A stretch of 64,000 bases of DNA. It comes from Myxococcota bacterium (GTDB lineage Bacteria; Myxococcota_A; UBA9160; JAFDDA01). Below, piece by piece: positions 8,995 to 17,209 of this stretch. Under the pieces are notes generated by a model. The model saw only the letters and a program-made list of their open reading frames with translations, had not been told where the DNA came from and did not search any database. Each line of letters starts with the position of its first letter. The first letter of the stretch is position 1. A program made the position numbers and the translations under genes. The DNA lies in assembly GCA_965228475.1 (NCBI GenBank), contig OZ245817.1:4192001-4256000 (forward strand), in the 5' to 3' direction.

Positions 8995-11118
8995 TCAGGG
9001 GGTCAGATCGAAGAAGAGCGACAGCGAGTCGCCCGCACGGGCGGACTCCAGGTGGTCGAGGGTGATCCCGGCCAGGGTCGGCAGGCCGAAGCTCTGCAGG
9101 GAGTCGGCCAGGACCGGCAGGATGTCGGACTCGAGGAAGCCGGGCCCGCCCGAGACCCCATTCAGGAGCGCCTCCACGAGCGACGTGGTGACGGGGAGGA
9201 CCGGGTTCGCGTTCGGGAAGTTCGTGAAGAGCGCCGTCGCCGCTCCCGCCGGCACACCGCAATCGGCGGGCGGGCAATAGACCAGATCGAAGTCGATGGC
9301 GTCGGCGACCGGGTCGTAGGACATGTTGATGCCGGCATCCACCGAGATCCGGAGGCTCGTGAGCGTGGTGGGCAGGCCGCCGGGAACCGGCTGCTGCAGC
9401 TCGAAGCCCAGACCGCGGATGGCGAGCTGGGCCATGGAACCCGAAGGGAAGGGAAGACCCGTGACCACCGGCGGCGTCGTCGCGTAGTAGGCGAGCCGCA
9501 CGGGATCCGTCGGCGCGAGCCCGGTGATGAACAAGGCCGTCGGGTTGCCCGCGAACAGACAGTCCGCCGTCAGCGTCGGGTCGTTCCCGTTCTGCGGCGT
9601 CGCGCACTGGTCGAGCTCTTCGATGTAGCCACCCAACGCGCCCTGAGCGGTGAGCACGCGCAGGATCTGGCCGAAGAAGGGTTCGGTCATGCCGAGCCCG
9701 AGACCGAAGGGCAGACCGCCCGGCGTCGTGGTGATGGCGGCCGGGATTCCGGGAAGCGAGAACGGCGTATTGTAGGAAGCCGGGCCGGGATCGGGGCAGA
9801 AGTAGGGCGGCAGGGTCAGATCGAGGTCGCAAGCCGTCGGCGCGGTGACGACGGGCGCCGTTCGCACGAGGTAGAGGATCCCGTCGTCGTCCTCGGTGAT
9901 CGACGTGAACTCCGCGTTCAGGTCCGCGCCGAGACTCTGACCGACGCCCTGCCCGATCTGGAGGTCCGCCAGAGCGACCTCGACGGCCTCCTCGATCAGC
10001 GGCCGATTCGCGGCGTCCCCGTCGAGCGCGTCGACGAACTGCGCCTCCGCATCGGCCTGGAACTGCGGGCTCACCACGTTCGCGAGCGCCGGCGCGAGGC
10101 CGGTGTTGGCGCAGATCGTGTCCGGCGTGGTGATGACGAGGTTGAAGCTCTGGAGGTCCGCAACGACCTGCGTCTGGCTGACGGCGACGTTTGCCCCGGC
10201 CGGGGTCTGGTCGAGATAGCTGCGCAGGATCAGCGGATTGCCCTGCATGTAGCCCTCGCAGTAGACCGTTCCGAAGATCCCCTGGGAGGGGTCGGGTTCG
10301 ATGTCCCAGACGACGAAGTCGATGCGGAAGCTCGGGATCTCCACGATCACCTCGGTCACCGAGGGCGTCGGGCTCGCCGCGCCGTGGGCGTCGAGCGCGA
10401 CGGTGAGCGGCCCGTGGGTCAGGCCGGTGACGTAGCCGTCGAGCAGGGGGAAGCCCGGAACGGAGGGCAGCACGTCCTCCTGGTCGAGGATCTGCTCGGG
10501 GAATCCGTTCGGTGCCACCTGCGCGGGGATGTCGACGTTGGCCAGCAGGTTCGCCGCGAGCGTGTCGACGAGCGCGTCGAAGCCACCTTGCTCGTTCACG
10601 CGAAGCTCGACGCCCGGGTCGGCGAAGACGCTCCAGACGCCGGCCTGCCAACCGGACACGACCGTGACCGCCTTTCGCCGGAACGGCCGCGGCGAGAGCG
10701 TCGGCGCTCCGTAGAAGGCTTCGATGTAGATCGTGTTGATCGCCTCGTGCGCGCCCGTGCTCGCGGTGCGCGCGTCGATGTCGATCTCGACGGAGAACGC
10801 GCCGGTCACGGGATCGATCACGACCGGAACCCCCGACATGGCGCCGGCGCCGCCGGCGTAGGCGTCGGCGAGCTCCTGGTTCAGGTACGCGTGGGCCTCG
10901 ATGTCGGCGATCGTCCCGACGTTGCCGGCGACGACCTGCCCCGTGACCAGGAGCAGGTTCGCGGAGGCGGTCGGACCGAGGTCGTGATAGTGGTTGTCCG
11001 TAGGTGACTGAATGATCAGGTTCGGTTGCCCGACGCAGCTGGGGCCCAGGTTGGCGACTCCCGTGATCAGCAAGGCCAGCACGACCCAATGACGATTCCC
11101 CACGTTCAAACCCTCCAT
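8995..11118 (-). CDS. Large secreted/lipoprotein, putative BPI/LBP/CETP (TULIP)-like fold, paralog A
   Basis: Signal ending LGPSC (alternative start GTG 11103 after GGAGGG); Ig-like N-terminal region; motifs DPGVELRVNEQG, GLGMTEPFFGQILRVLTAQGAL, VRLAYYATTPPVV, ILPVLADSLQSFGLPT. The ORF is certain; the fold is inferred. Confidence 0.75.
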   Translation of the reverse strand: MEGLNVGNRHWVVLALLITGVANLGPSCVGQPNLIIQSPTDNHYHDLGPTASANLLLVTGQVVAGNVGTIADIEAHAYLNQELADAYAGGAGAMSGVPVVIDPVTGAFSVEIDIDARTASTGAHEAINTIYIEAFYGAPTLSPRPFRRKAVTVVSGWQAGVWSVFADPGVELRVNEQGGFDALVDTLAANLLANVDIPAQVAPNGFPEQILDQEDVLPSVPGFPLLDGYVTGLTHGPLTVALDAHGAASPTPSVTEVIVEIPSFRIDFVVWDIEPDPSQGIFGTVYCEGYMQGNPLILRSYLDQTPAGANVAVSQTQVVADLQSFNLVITTPDTICANTGLAPALANVVSPQFQADAEAQFVDALDGDAANRPLIEEAVEVALADLQIGQGVGQSLGADLNAEFTSITEDDDGILYLVRTAPVVTAPTACDLDLTLPPYFCPDPGPASYNTPFSLPGIPAAITTTPGGLPFGLGLGMTEPFFGQILRVLTAQGALGGYIEELDQCATPQNGNDPTLTADCLFAGNPTALFITGLAPTDPVRLAYYATTPPVVTGLPFPSGSMAQLAIRGLGFELQQPVPGGLPTTLTSLRISVDAGINMSYDPVADAIDFDLVYCPPADCGVPAGAATALFTNFPNANPVLPVTTSLVEALLNGVSGGPGFLESDILPVLADSLQSFGLPTLAGITLDHLESARAGDSLSLFFDLTP

Positions 11119-11190
11119 GGAGCCACGAATCGGCGCAGCTCTCGGTCCCGGAGCATCCTGGGGCAGCCGCCCCGGCGATGTCCAGAAAAA

Positions 11191-11227
11191 GTGACCAAGT
11201 GATCATACAATATGTTCACATGGTCAT
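11191..11227. promoter_or_regulatory. Two 16-bp palindromic operator sites in the divergent promoter
   Basis: GTGACC-AAGT-GATCAT (11191-11206) and ATGTTC-ACAT-GGTCAT (11212-11227), 21 bp apart (two helical turns). Confidence 0.65.
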
Positions 11228-11287
11228 GTAGAGATGGTATTGCTGTTGGCGCACACGTTGGGGATGCCCCCCGGGGAGACGTGAAAC

Positions 11288-13345
11288 ATGCGAAGGATCG
11301 TCGTTCTTTGGGCCGGCCTGGTATTCGCCGCCACGCTGGGGCCCGCCTGCTCGAGCAACCCGAAGGTCAGCATCACCTCCCATCAGGACGGCGACTTCCA
11401 CTTCGTCATCGAGGACGGCGGGACGATCGAGCTCTCGGGCATCTACAAGAACCTGGGTCTCGATGCATCGCTGTGCGTCTGGACGAACGAGATCCAGGTC
11501 GGCGCCCCCTGCCCCATCGCCGTGGTTCGCAACCTCACGACCAAGACGTGGACCGCTTCGATCCCGGTGCCGTTCCCCTTCGGCGGGCCCGACTCCCCGC
11601 TCGCACCGCTGCTCCCGGTCTTCGTGACGGCGAACTACGGAAGCGGAGGCTCGCTCCAGGTGCGCGACCACGTTGCCCTGAACCTCGCCTTCGACGTCGC
11701 GAGCAATCACGGAACGGGCCGGGACGAAGCGATCGTCATGCGGCTCTCGCAGCAGGGGCTCGGATCGATCGCGTCCTTCGTCGCCGATCAGGCCGGCCAG
11801 GCGCTCGACCTCTCGGCGCTCGTCGGCACGCCCTTCCTCTCCGAGTGCGTGAAGGACTTCACCATCCTCGGCGTCACCTACTGCTACATCGAGATGGTCT
11901 CGGCGGAGATCTACGCAATCGAAGCTCCCTCGGCGCCCTCGATCAATCTCACCTCGATGCCCGGTGCGGTGCGCGCCAATTTCTCGCTCTCGGATCTCGA
12001 GTTCACCGCCAAGTTCACGTTCCGCTTCCGCGCTCCGCTACCGACGGCGATCTGGTCTCCGCCGATGACCTGCTTCTACGACGCGGAGCCGGCCCTCACG
12101 ATGACCCACGTCGACCTCGACCTCCTGCCGAACCCGAGCGATCCGCGCTTCGTCGCCGCCACCCAGCTCAACGATCCGACGGCCACGATCTTCGCCTACA
12201 CGGACAAGGTCACCTCCTGCAACAACGGCCTGAGCGGCGTGCTCGCCGAGCTACTCGACTTCATCGAGGAGACGAACGAGCTGATCGGGTCCACGCAGAT
12301 CGAGGCGGCCCTCGAATCCAAACTCAGCGTCGCCGGAGGGGCACCCATCGCCGGTGCCGTCGAGACGGCGCTCGCGGACGTCCAGCTGAGCGCCAACCTC
12401 GAGCAGATGCTCGACATGGATCTCGCCGGAACGGTCTCGGACGTTCAGGAAGACTCCGGCGGCATCACTGCGACCTTCGCGATCCACCCGCAGCCCACCG
12501 ACACGCAGTGCTCGCTCGGCAACCTTCCCGCGTGGGCGTGCCCGGACTTCGCGCCGGAAAGCTACATGTGGCCCATCTCCGATCCGGACGACTGGGATAC
12601 GGTGATCGCGCCGACTCCCTACGATCTCCTCCTGGGCCTCAATGCCAACGCGTTGAACCCGCTGCTCGGCGCCCTGGCGGAGCAGGGCGGACTCTCCTCG
12701 GGTCCGATCACGGAGCTCGACTCCTGCAACTACACACCGCCGCCGAACGGCCCCGGCTTCCCGCCGCACGGACCCGAACTCGATGTCGGCTGCCTCGTCG
12801 GGTACAACCCGCTCGCGTGCGCCGTGCTCGGCTACCCCTGCGACAAGGCGCTGCAGATCCGTGTCGTCCCGAGCAACAAGCCGGTGGTGCGGCCGAACAC
12901 GACGATGTTCGACGAGAACGGCGATCCGGCCCAGGCGAGCCTCGTCCTGCAGCTCCGGATCGAGGTCTGGGAGCGCGACACCGTGAACGACAAGCTGCTC
13001 GTGCAGCTTTACGCGAGTTTCGAGGCCGGCCTGAGCCTCGAGGTGGACACCGACACCGGCGAACTCGGTTTCGATCTCTTCGTGTGCGAAGACACGAACC
13101 CCTTCTGCACCTCGCCCATCCGGATGCAGACCACGATCAGCACGATGCCCGAGACGTCGATCGTCGCGAGCTTGATCGACGTCTTCCTGGGAGGCGGCGG
13201 CGGCTTCTTGAACGGGACGCTGAACGACTCGCTCCAGAACGCGGTCGTGTCGTTCCCCCTGCCGACGATCCTCGGTCTGACGCCCAGCGCGATCACCACG
13301 CTCGAGCATGAGCAGTACCTCTCGCTGTTCACGAATCTCCAGTAG
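11288..13345 (+). CDS. Large secreted/lipoprotein, putative BPI/LBP/CETP (TULIP)-like fold, paralog B
   Basis: Signal MRRIVVLWAGLVFAATLGPAC; Ig-like start PKVSITSHQDG; motifs AIVMRLSQQGL, LLLGLNANALNPLLGALAEQGGL, LQIRVVPSNKPVV, LNDSLQNAVVSFPLPT...HEQYLSLFTNL. Confidence 0.78.
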   Translation: MRRIVVLWAGLVFAATLGPACSSNPKVSITSHQDGDFHFVIEDGGTIELSGIYKNLGLDASLCVWTNEIQVGAPCPIAVVRNLTTKTWTASIPVPFPFGGPDSPLAPLLPVFVTANYGSGGSLQVRDHVALNLAFDVASNHGTGRDEAIVMRLSQQGLGSIASFVADQAGQALDLSALVGTPFLSECVKDFTILGVTYCYIEMVSAEIYAIEAPSAPSINLTSMPGAVRANFSLSDLEFTAKFTFRFRAPLPTAIWSPPMTCFYDAEPALTMTHVDLDLLPNPSDPRFVAATQLNDPTATIFAYTDKVTSCNNGLSGVLAELLDFIEETNELIGSTQIEAALESKLSVAGGAPIAGAVETALADVQLSANLEQMLDMDLAGTVSDVQEDSGGITATFAIHPQPTDTQCSLGNLPAWACPDFAPESYMWPISDPDDWDTVIAPTPYDLLLGLNANALNPLLGALAEQGGLSSGPITELDSCNYTPPPNGPGFPPHGPELDVGCLVGYNPLACAVLGYPCDKALQIRVVPSNKPVVRPNTTMFDENGDPAQASLVLQLRIEVWERDTVNDKLLVQLYASFEAGLSLEVDTDTGELGFDLFVCEDTNPFCTSPIRMQTTISTMPETSIVASLIDVFLGGGGGFLNGTLNDSLQNAVVSFPLPTILGLTPSAITTLEHEQYLSLFTNLQ

Positions 13346-13346
13346 A

Positions 13347-13371
13347 ACCTGATCGAGTGAACATCTTTTCC
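13347..13371 (+). promoter_or_regulatory. Putative upstream activator (enhancer) site
   Basis: ACCTGATCGAGTGAACATCTTTTCC, core CTGATC-GAGT-GAACAT; twin of 7661-7685. Confidence 0.65.
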
Positions 13372-13467
13372 CTTTTTGAGCATCGGCTTGCTTCGGGCTG
13401 CCAGAGGTTCGACTGTCCCGCGGGGCGCAGCATCGATTTCCTGTTCATCTACGGGATCTTGCAAAAT

Positions 13468-13483
13468 ATGATCAGATGATCCT
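13468..13483. promoter_or_regulatory. 16-bp palindromic operator site abutting the sigma54 promoter
   Basis: ATGATC-AGAT-GATCCT, 15/16 identical to 7564-7579, ending 3 bp before TGGCAC. Confidence 0.65.
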
Positions 13484-13486
13484 GTT

Positions 13487-13502
13487 TGGCACTCGGGTTG
13501 CA
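13487..13502 (+). promoter_or_regulatory. Sigma54 (-24/-12) promoter
   Basis: TGGCAC-TCGGG-TTGCA, an exact consensus match, ~95 bp upstream of ATG 13596. Confidence 0.85.
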
Positions 13503-13595
13503 CTCCGTCCCGGCAGGGGAGGCCGCCCCACGGCGGACTTCCCCGCCTCGCGCCGCCAGAGAGCGCGGGGCCATCCATCCTGGGAAGGAGAAACC

Positions 13596-14324
13596 ATGCG
13601 AACCCGAACGGGCGCTCGCTGGGCCGGGCTCGCCGCATGCGCGGCGTTCCTGATGGCGACGCCGGCTTCCGCCGGCACGATCATCTCGGCACCGACGACG
13701 AGCTCGCCCCACCTGACCATCACGTTCGACCAGGTCACGACGCCGGCCCCCGACAACGACGACGTCGTCTTGTCGCCGAACTTCGTCGGCATCAACGCGG
13801 ATTGGAGCGGCGGGGTCAGCCCGCAGATCCAGTACTTCGACTTCGACGTCCAGACGCCGACGGCAACCCCCGGTGGCTCCGCCTCCGAGAGCACCGAGTA
13901 CGACGTCCGGCTCACGATCCAGAACCTGGGCTCCGCCACCTGGAACGGCTTCGAGGTGAGCTTGCTCGGCGACCTGGCCCAGGTGGGCCTCGGCGGCACG
14001 ATCGCCTGGGACTCCGCCCTGAACCCGACACTCGAGGGCCCGGGAGACTCCTCCCCGCCCTTCTCGAACAGCCTGCCGACGGTGGCGCTGGTCGGCGGGA
14101 CGCTCGTGTTCACCGGCGCCACGATCGACCCGGGACAGCTCGTGAAGGTCACCATCGCCATGGACCTCGAGACCGTCGTCAACAGCTACACGACCGCGGG
14201 GCCGGTCTCGGACGTGATGACGCTCGGCGTCGGCGTCCGACCGCTCGCCGTCCCCGAGCCGGCCCTTGCGGCCCTGGTCGGATGCATGGCGCTCGCCAGC
14301 GTCCTCTGGGCCCGGCGCCGCTAG
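13596..14324 (+). CDS. PEP-CTERM surface protein
   Basis: ATG after AAGGAG; signal ending ASA; C-terminal AVPEPALAALVGCMALASVLWARRR. Confidence 0.88.
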   Translation: MRTRTGARWAGLAACAAFLMATPASAGTIISAPTTSSPHLTITFDQVTTPAPDNDDVVLSPNFVGINADWSGGVSPQIQYFDFDVQTPTATPGGSASESTEYDVRLTIQNLGSATWNGFEVSLLGDLAQVGLGGTIAWDSALNPTLEGPGDSSPPFSNSLPTVALVGGTLVFTGATIDPGQLVKVTIAMDLETVVNSYTTAGPVSDVMTLGVGVRPLAVPEPALAALVGCMALASVLWARRR

Positions 14325-14334
14325 CGTCGAGCAA

Positions 14335-14377
14335 GCGAGCCCGTCGAAGACCGAGGCCTCGGCTTCGACGGGCTCGC
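14335..14377. terminator. Strong hairpin between convergent genes (putative bidirectional terminator)
   Basis: GCGAGCCCGTCGAAG...CTTCGACGGGCTCGC, a 15-bp perfect stem plus inner CCGAG/CTCGG; no U-tract. Confidence 0.55.
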
Positions 14378-14389
14378 CGCCTTCGGTTC

Positions 14390-14770
14390 CTATCCCGCGA
14401 ACCCGCCCGCGATGGCCTCGAGCTTGTGGCCGAAGGGGTCGACCACGTAGGCCGCGTAGGCGGTCTCGCCGAGGGCGGGCCGGGGCCCCGGCTCGCCGGC
14501 GCAGACCGCGCCGCGTGCGATCGCCGCGGCATGGAAGCGGGAGACGGCGTCCGGCGAGGCCGCGCGGAACGCGATGTGGGTGCCGTTCCCCGAGCTCTTC
14601 GGGGCCCCGTCGTAGGGCTTCATGGCGATGAACACGATCCGATCCTCGCCGAATCCCACGCCCCACTCGGCGCGCAGCAGTTCCTTGTAGCCCAGGGCTT
14701 CGAGCGCGGGGCCGTAGAAGTCGGCGGCCGCGGTCACGTCGTCGGTGCCGACGCTCAGGTGGTCGATCAT
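14390..14770 (-). CDS. VOC (glyoxalase/bleomycin resistance) family protein
   Basis: MIDHLSVGTDD...GNGTHIAFRA...YAAYVVDPFGHKLEA. Confidence 0.9.
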   Translation of the reverse strand: MIDHLSVGTDDVTAAADFYGPALEALGYKELLRAEWGVGFGEDRIVFIAMKPYDGAPKSSGNGTHIAFRAASPDAVSRFHAAAIARGAVCAGEPGPRPALGETAYAAYVVDPFGHKLEAIAGGFAG

Positions 14771-14993
14771 CGGAGTCTCTCCTCGTGCGTTCGCGCCCGG
14801 GGCGCGAGTGCAATCGCGGCGCGCTCGCGCGGGAGATTCCCGGTCCACGCCCGCAAAGGGTGATGCGACCGGGAACCGTCCCGATCACGCACGGTCTGGG
14901 ATGACGGGGGCGTCCGGAGGAATTGCCCGAGCGGCCGAGACGCTTGCCCGGGGGTCCGGAACGGACCCGCCGCGGCCTCTTCGTGAGCGGGCG

Positions 14994-16472
14994 CTAGGAC
15001 GCCCGCGCGCCCTCGCCCGACGGCGCGGACGCCACACGGTCGCGTCCGGCATCCTTGGCCCGGTAGAGCGCGGCGTCCGCCCGGGCGAGCGTGTCTTCCG
15101 AACGCTCGCCTCCTTCGTGGACGGCCACGCCGGCGCTGAAGGTCATCTTGGGCTCGAGATGCAGCCAGCCCTGGCGGAAGCGCTCGGCCGCCTCGACCCC
15201 GTGGCGGCCCGGGCCCTCGAGGACCACGAGGAACTCCTCGCCGCCCATCCGGAACACTTCGTCGCCGGTCCGCAAGGTCCCTGCCATGAACGCACCGAAC
15301 TGGCGCAGAACCTCGTCGCCGGCGGCGTGGCCGTGCCGGTCGTTGACCTGTTTGAAGTGGTCGAGATCGATCAGGACGAGGGCATCGCCCGGCTCGAGCC
15401 GATCGAGCCGCTCGTCCGCCTTGCGGCGATTGCCGACGCCGGTGAGCTCGTCGTGCAGGGAAGCTGCGCGCAGGGTCTCTCCCAGCTGGACCCGCTCGAT
15501 GGCGAGCCCCGCCTGCACGGTCAGCGTCCGCACGAGGTGCTGGTTGAAATCGTCGAGGGGCACCGAGCCCAGGGGCCGGGCGAGCAGCACGATCCCCGCG
15601 CACGCGGTCGAGCCGGGCAACGCCGCCACGGTCACGCGCGGCATCCCGAGCCGTTCGGCCAGCGCCAGGCACCGGGGGTCGTCGAAACCGAGCGTCTCGC
15701 CGCTGCGCATCACCTGGACCAGGGCCGGCTCCTCGGCCAGCTCGAAGCGCTCGGGGAGCTCGTAGATCGTGCCCGCCTCGGCGGCGAGTTCGAGACCGCG
15801 CCGCGGCGCGGGCAGCAGCACGCCGGCACCCATCGCCCCCGGGAGTTCGGTCGCGAGCCGCGCGATGCAGCGTGCCAGCCCGCGGCGTTGATCCTGGCGC
15901 GCGAGCTGCCCGCTCGCCTCGACCATCCAGGCCATCCGCTGCATGTGCCGGCCGTCGATGCCCTCGACCGAACGCAGGCGGTTCGAGATCCAGGCGACCG
16001 ACTCCCCGATGATCACGCAGATCGGTGTCACCATGGCGACGCTCGCGACCTGGCGCGGATCGCCCTGCAGCGCGAGCGGCAAGGCGTAGGCGACCACGAG
16101 CAGCGGCGCGTAGGCGAGCGGCGCACCGCGCGGGAGAGCGATCCCCATCCAGACGTAGACCAGGACGAAGTGGATCGAATAGGAGTAGGGCCCGAGCCCG
16201 CCGAGCAGGTTGGCCCATGCCTTCACGCCCAAACCGACTGCCGGCAGGAAGAACAGGCTCCAGCGCGGCCAGCGCTGCCAGGGCGCGAACCAGATCAGGA
16301 ACCCACCGACGAGGCAGGTGAGCGTGATCGCCGAGCGGGCCATCGCGCTCATCTCCGTCAGGTTCGGGAGCGGGTGGACCAACGCGCTGACGACGCCGCT
16401 CGTGGCGAGCAGGGCGGCGAAGTAGCGCGCGACGAGGCGTTGGGAAAGCGACGCTGACACGTTCCGGGTCAT
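14994..16472 (-). CDS. Membrane-bound GAF-GGDEF diguanylate cyclase
   Basis: N-terminal TM helices, GAF-like middle, HDELTGVGNRR, DLDHFKQVND, I-site RTGD and active-site GGEEF. Confidence 0.92.
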   Translation of the reverse strand: MTRNVSASLSQRLVARYFAALLATSGVVSALVHPLPNLTEMSAMARSAITLTCLVGGFLIWFAPWQRWPRWSLFFLPAVGLGVKAWANLLGGLGPYSYSIHFVLVYVWMGIALPRGAPLAYAPLLVVAYALPLALQGDPRQVASVAMVTPICVIIGESVAWISNRLRSVEGIDGRHMQRMAWMVEASGQLARQDQRRGLARCIARLATELPGAMGAGVLLPAPRRGLELAAEAGTIYELPERFELAEEPALVQVMRSGETLGFDDPRCLALAERLGMPRVTVAALPGSTACAGIVLLARPLGSVPLDDFNQHLVRTLTVQAGLAIERVQLGETLRAASLHDELTGVGNRRKADERLDRLEPGDALVLIDLDHFKQVNDRHGHAAGDEVLRQFGAFMAGTLRTGDEVFRMGGEEFLVVLEGPGRHGVEAAERFRQGWLHLEPKMTFSAGVAVHEGGERSEDTLARADAALYRAKDAGRDRVASAPSGEGARAS

Positions 16473-16523
16473 CGGCGAAACCCGCAGCGGCTCTCACCGG
16501 GGAACCCCGGAGATTCCTACGAA

Positions 16524-17141
16524 TTACACCCGATCCCGGGGTGGGCGCCGGCGGACCCTCGCTCCCCCCGCTGCAAGCAGCCCGGCCAGGACCGGCAGCG
16601 CAGGCTCGGGAACGCTCCGCACCAGATAGTGCCCCCGGATCGTCGCGGCCACGTCGCTGGCGATGGCGTTCGGCAGAACCTCGGCGCTGCTCGCCTGGAT
16701 GCCGGGCGGGATCACGAAGAAGACCTGCGCCGCGGTGCCGACGTTCGGGCCAGCGTCGCCGTCGTCGTAGATGCCGATCTGGAAGCCCGATGGCGCGGAG
16801 CCGAAGAAGGCGTGCAGGGCACCCCCCTGCGTGCCGTTGCCGCTGATGCTCCCCGGGCAAGGCTGCGGCGCGAAGCCGTGGCGGTCGTAGAGGTCGCAGA
16901 CCTCGGCGGCGTTCGCGTGGCGCCAGCCATCGGCGACCCACCCCCCGGCGCCACCGAGAACGTCGTCCCAGGAGAGGCTCCGCGTGGGCGTGAGGTCGAG
17001 CCAGTCGAGCCCGGTCTCGGTGTCGTGGGTGACGAGCCCGTCCCCCGGTGCGAGGAGATCGACCACCAGCAGCGTCGCGGACGCCGGCGACGCGGCCCCG
17101 ATCGCGAGAGCGGCCATGAAGGCGGCGAGTCCTTTCCTCAT
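16524..17141 (-). CDS. PEP-CTERM surface protein
   Basis: Signal ending ASA; DTETGLDWLDLT motif; C-terminal VRSVPEPALPVLAGLLAAGGARVRRR. Confidence 0.85.
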   Translation of the reverse strand: MRKGLAAFMAALAIGAASPASATLLVVDLLAPGDGLVTHDTETGLDWLDLTPTRSLSWDDVLGGAGGWVADGWRHANAAEVCDLYDRHGFAPQPCPGSISGNGTQGGALHAFFGSAPSGFQIGIYDDGDAGPNVGTAAQVFFVIPPGIQASSAEVLPNAIASDVAATIRGHYLVRSVPEPALPVLAGLLAAGGARVRRRPPRDRV

Positions 17142-17209
17142 GGCCCCATTCTACACCGCCGGGAAAGGCCCTTTACGCGGACGGCCGGGAGAGGCGATGC
17201 TGAACGGTC

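Noticed and set aside
11235..11261. Sigma54-like sequences upstream of BPI-like B (TGGTATTGCTGTTGGC, TGGCGCACACGTTGGG)
   Set aside because: Both give GG-N10-GG rather than the required GG-N10-GC.
4216..14324. The surface module as a mobile genomic island or prophage
   Set aside because: No integrase, transposase, tRNA, phage genes or flanking direct repeats were seen, and coding GC looks similar to the rest of the window.
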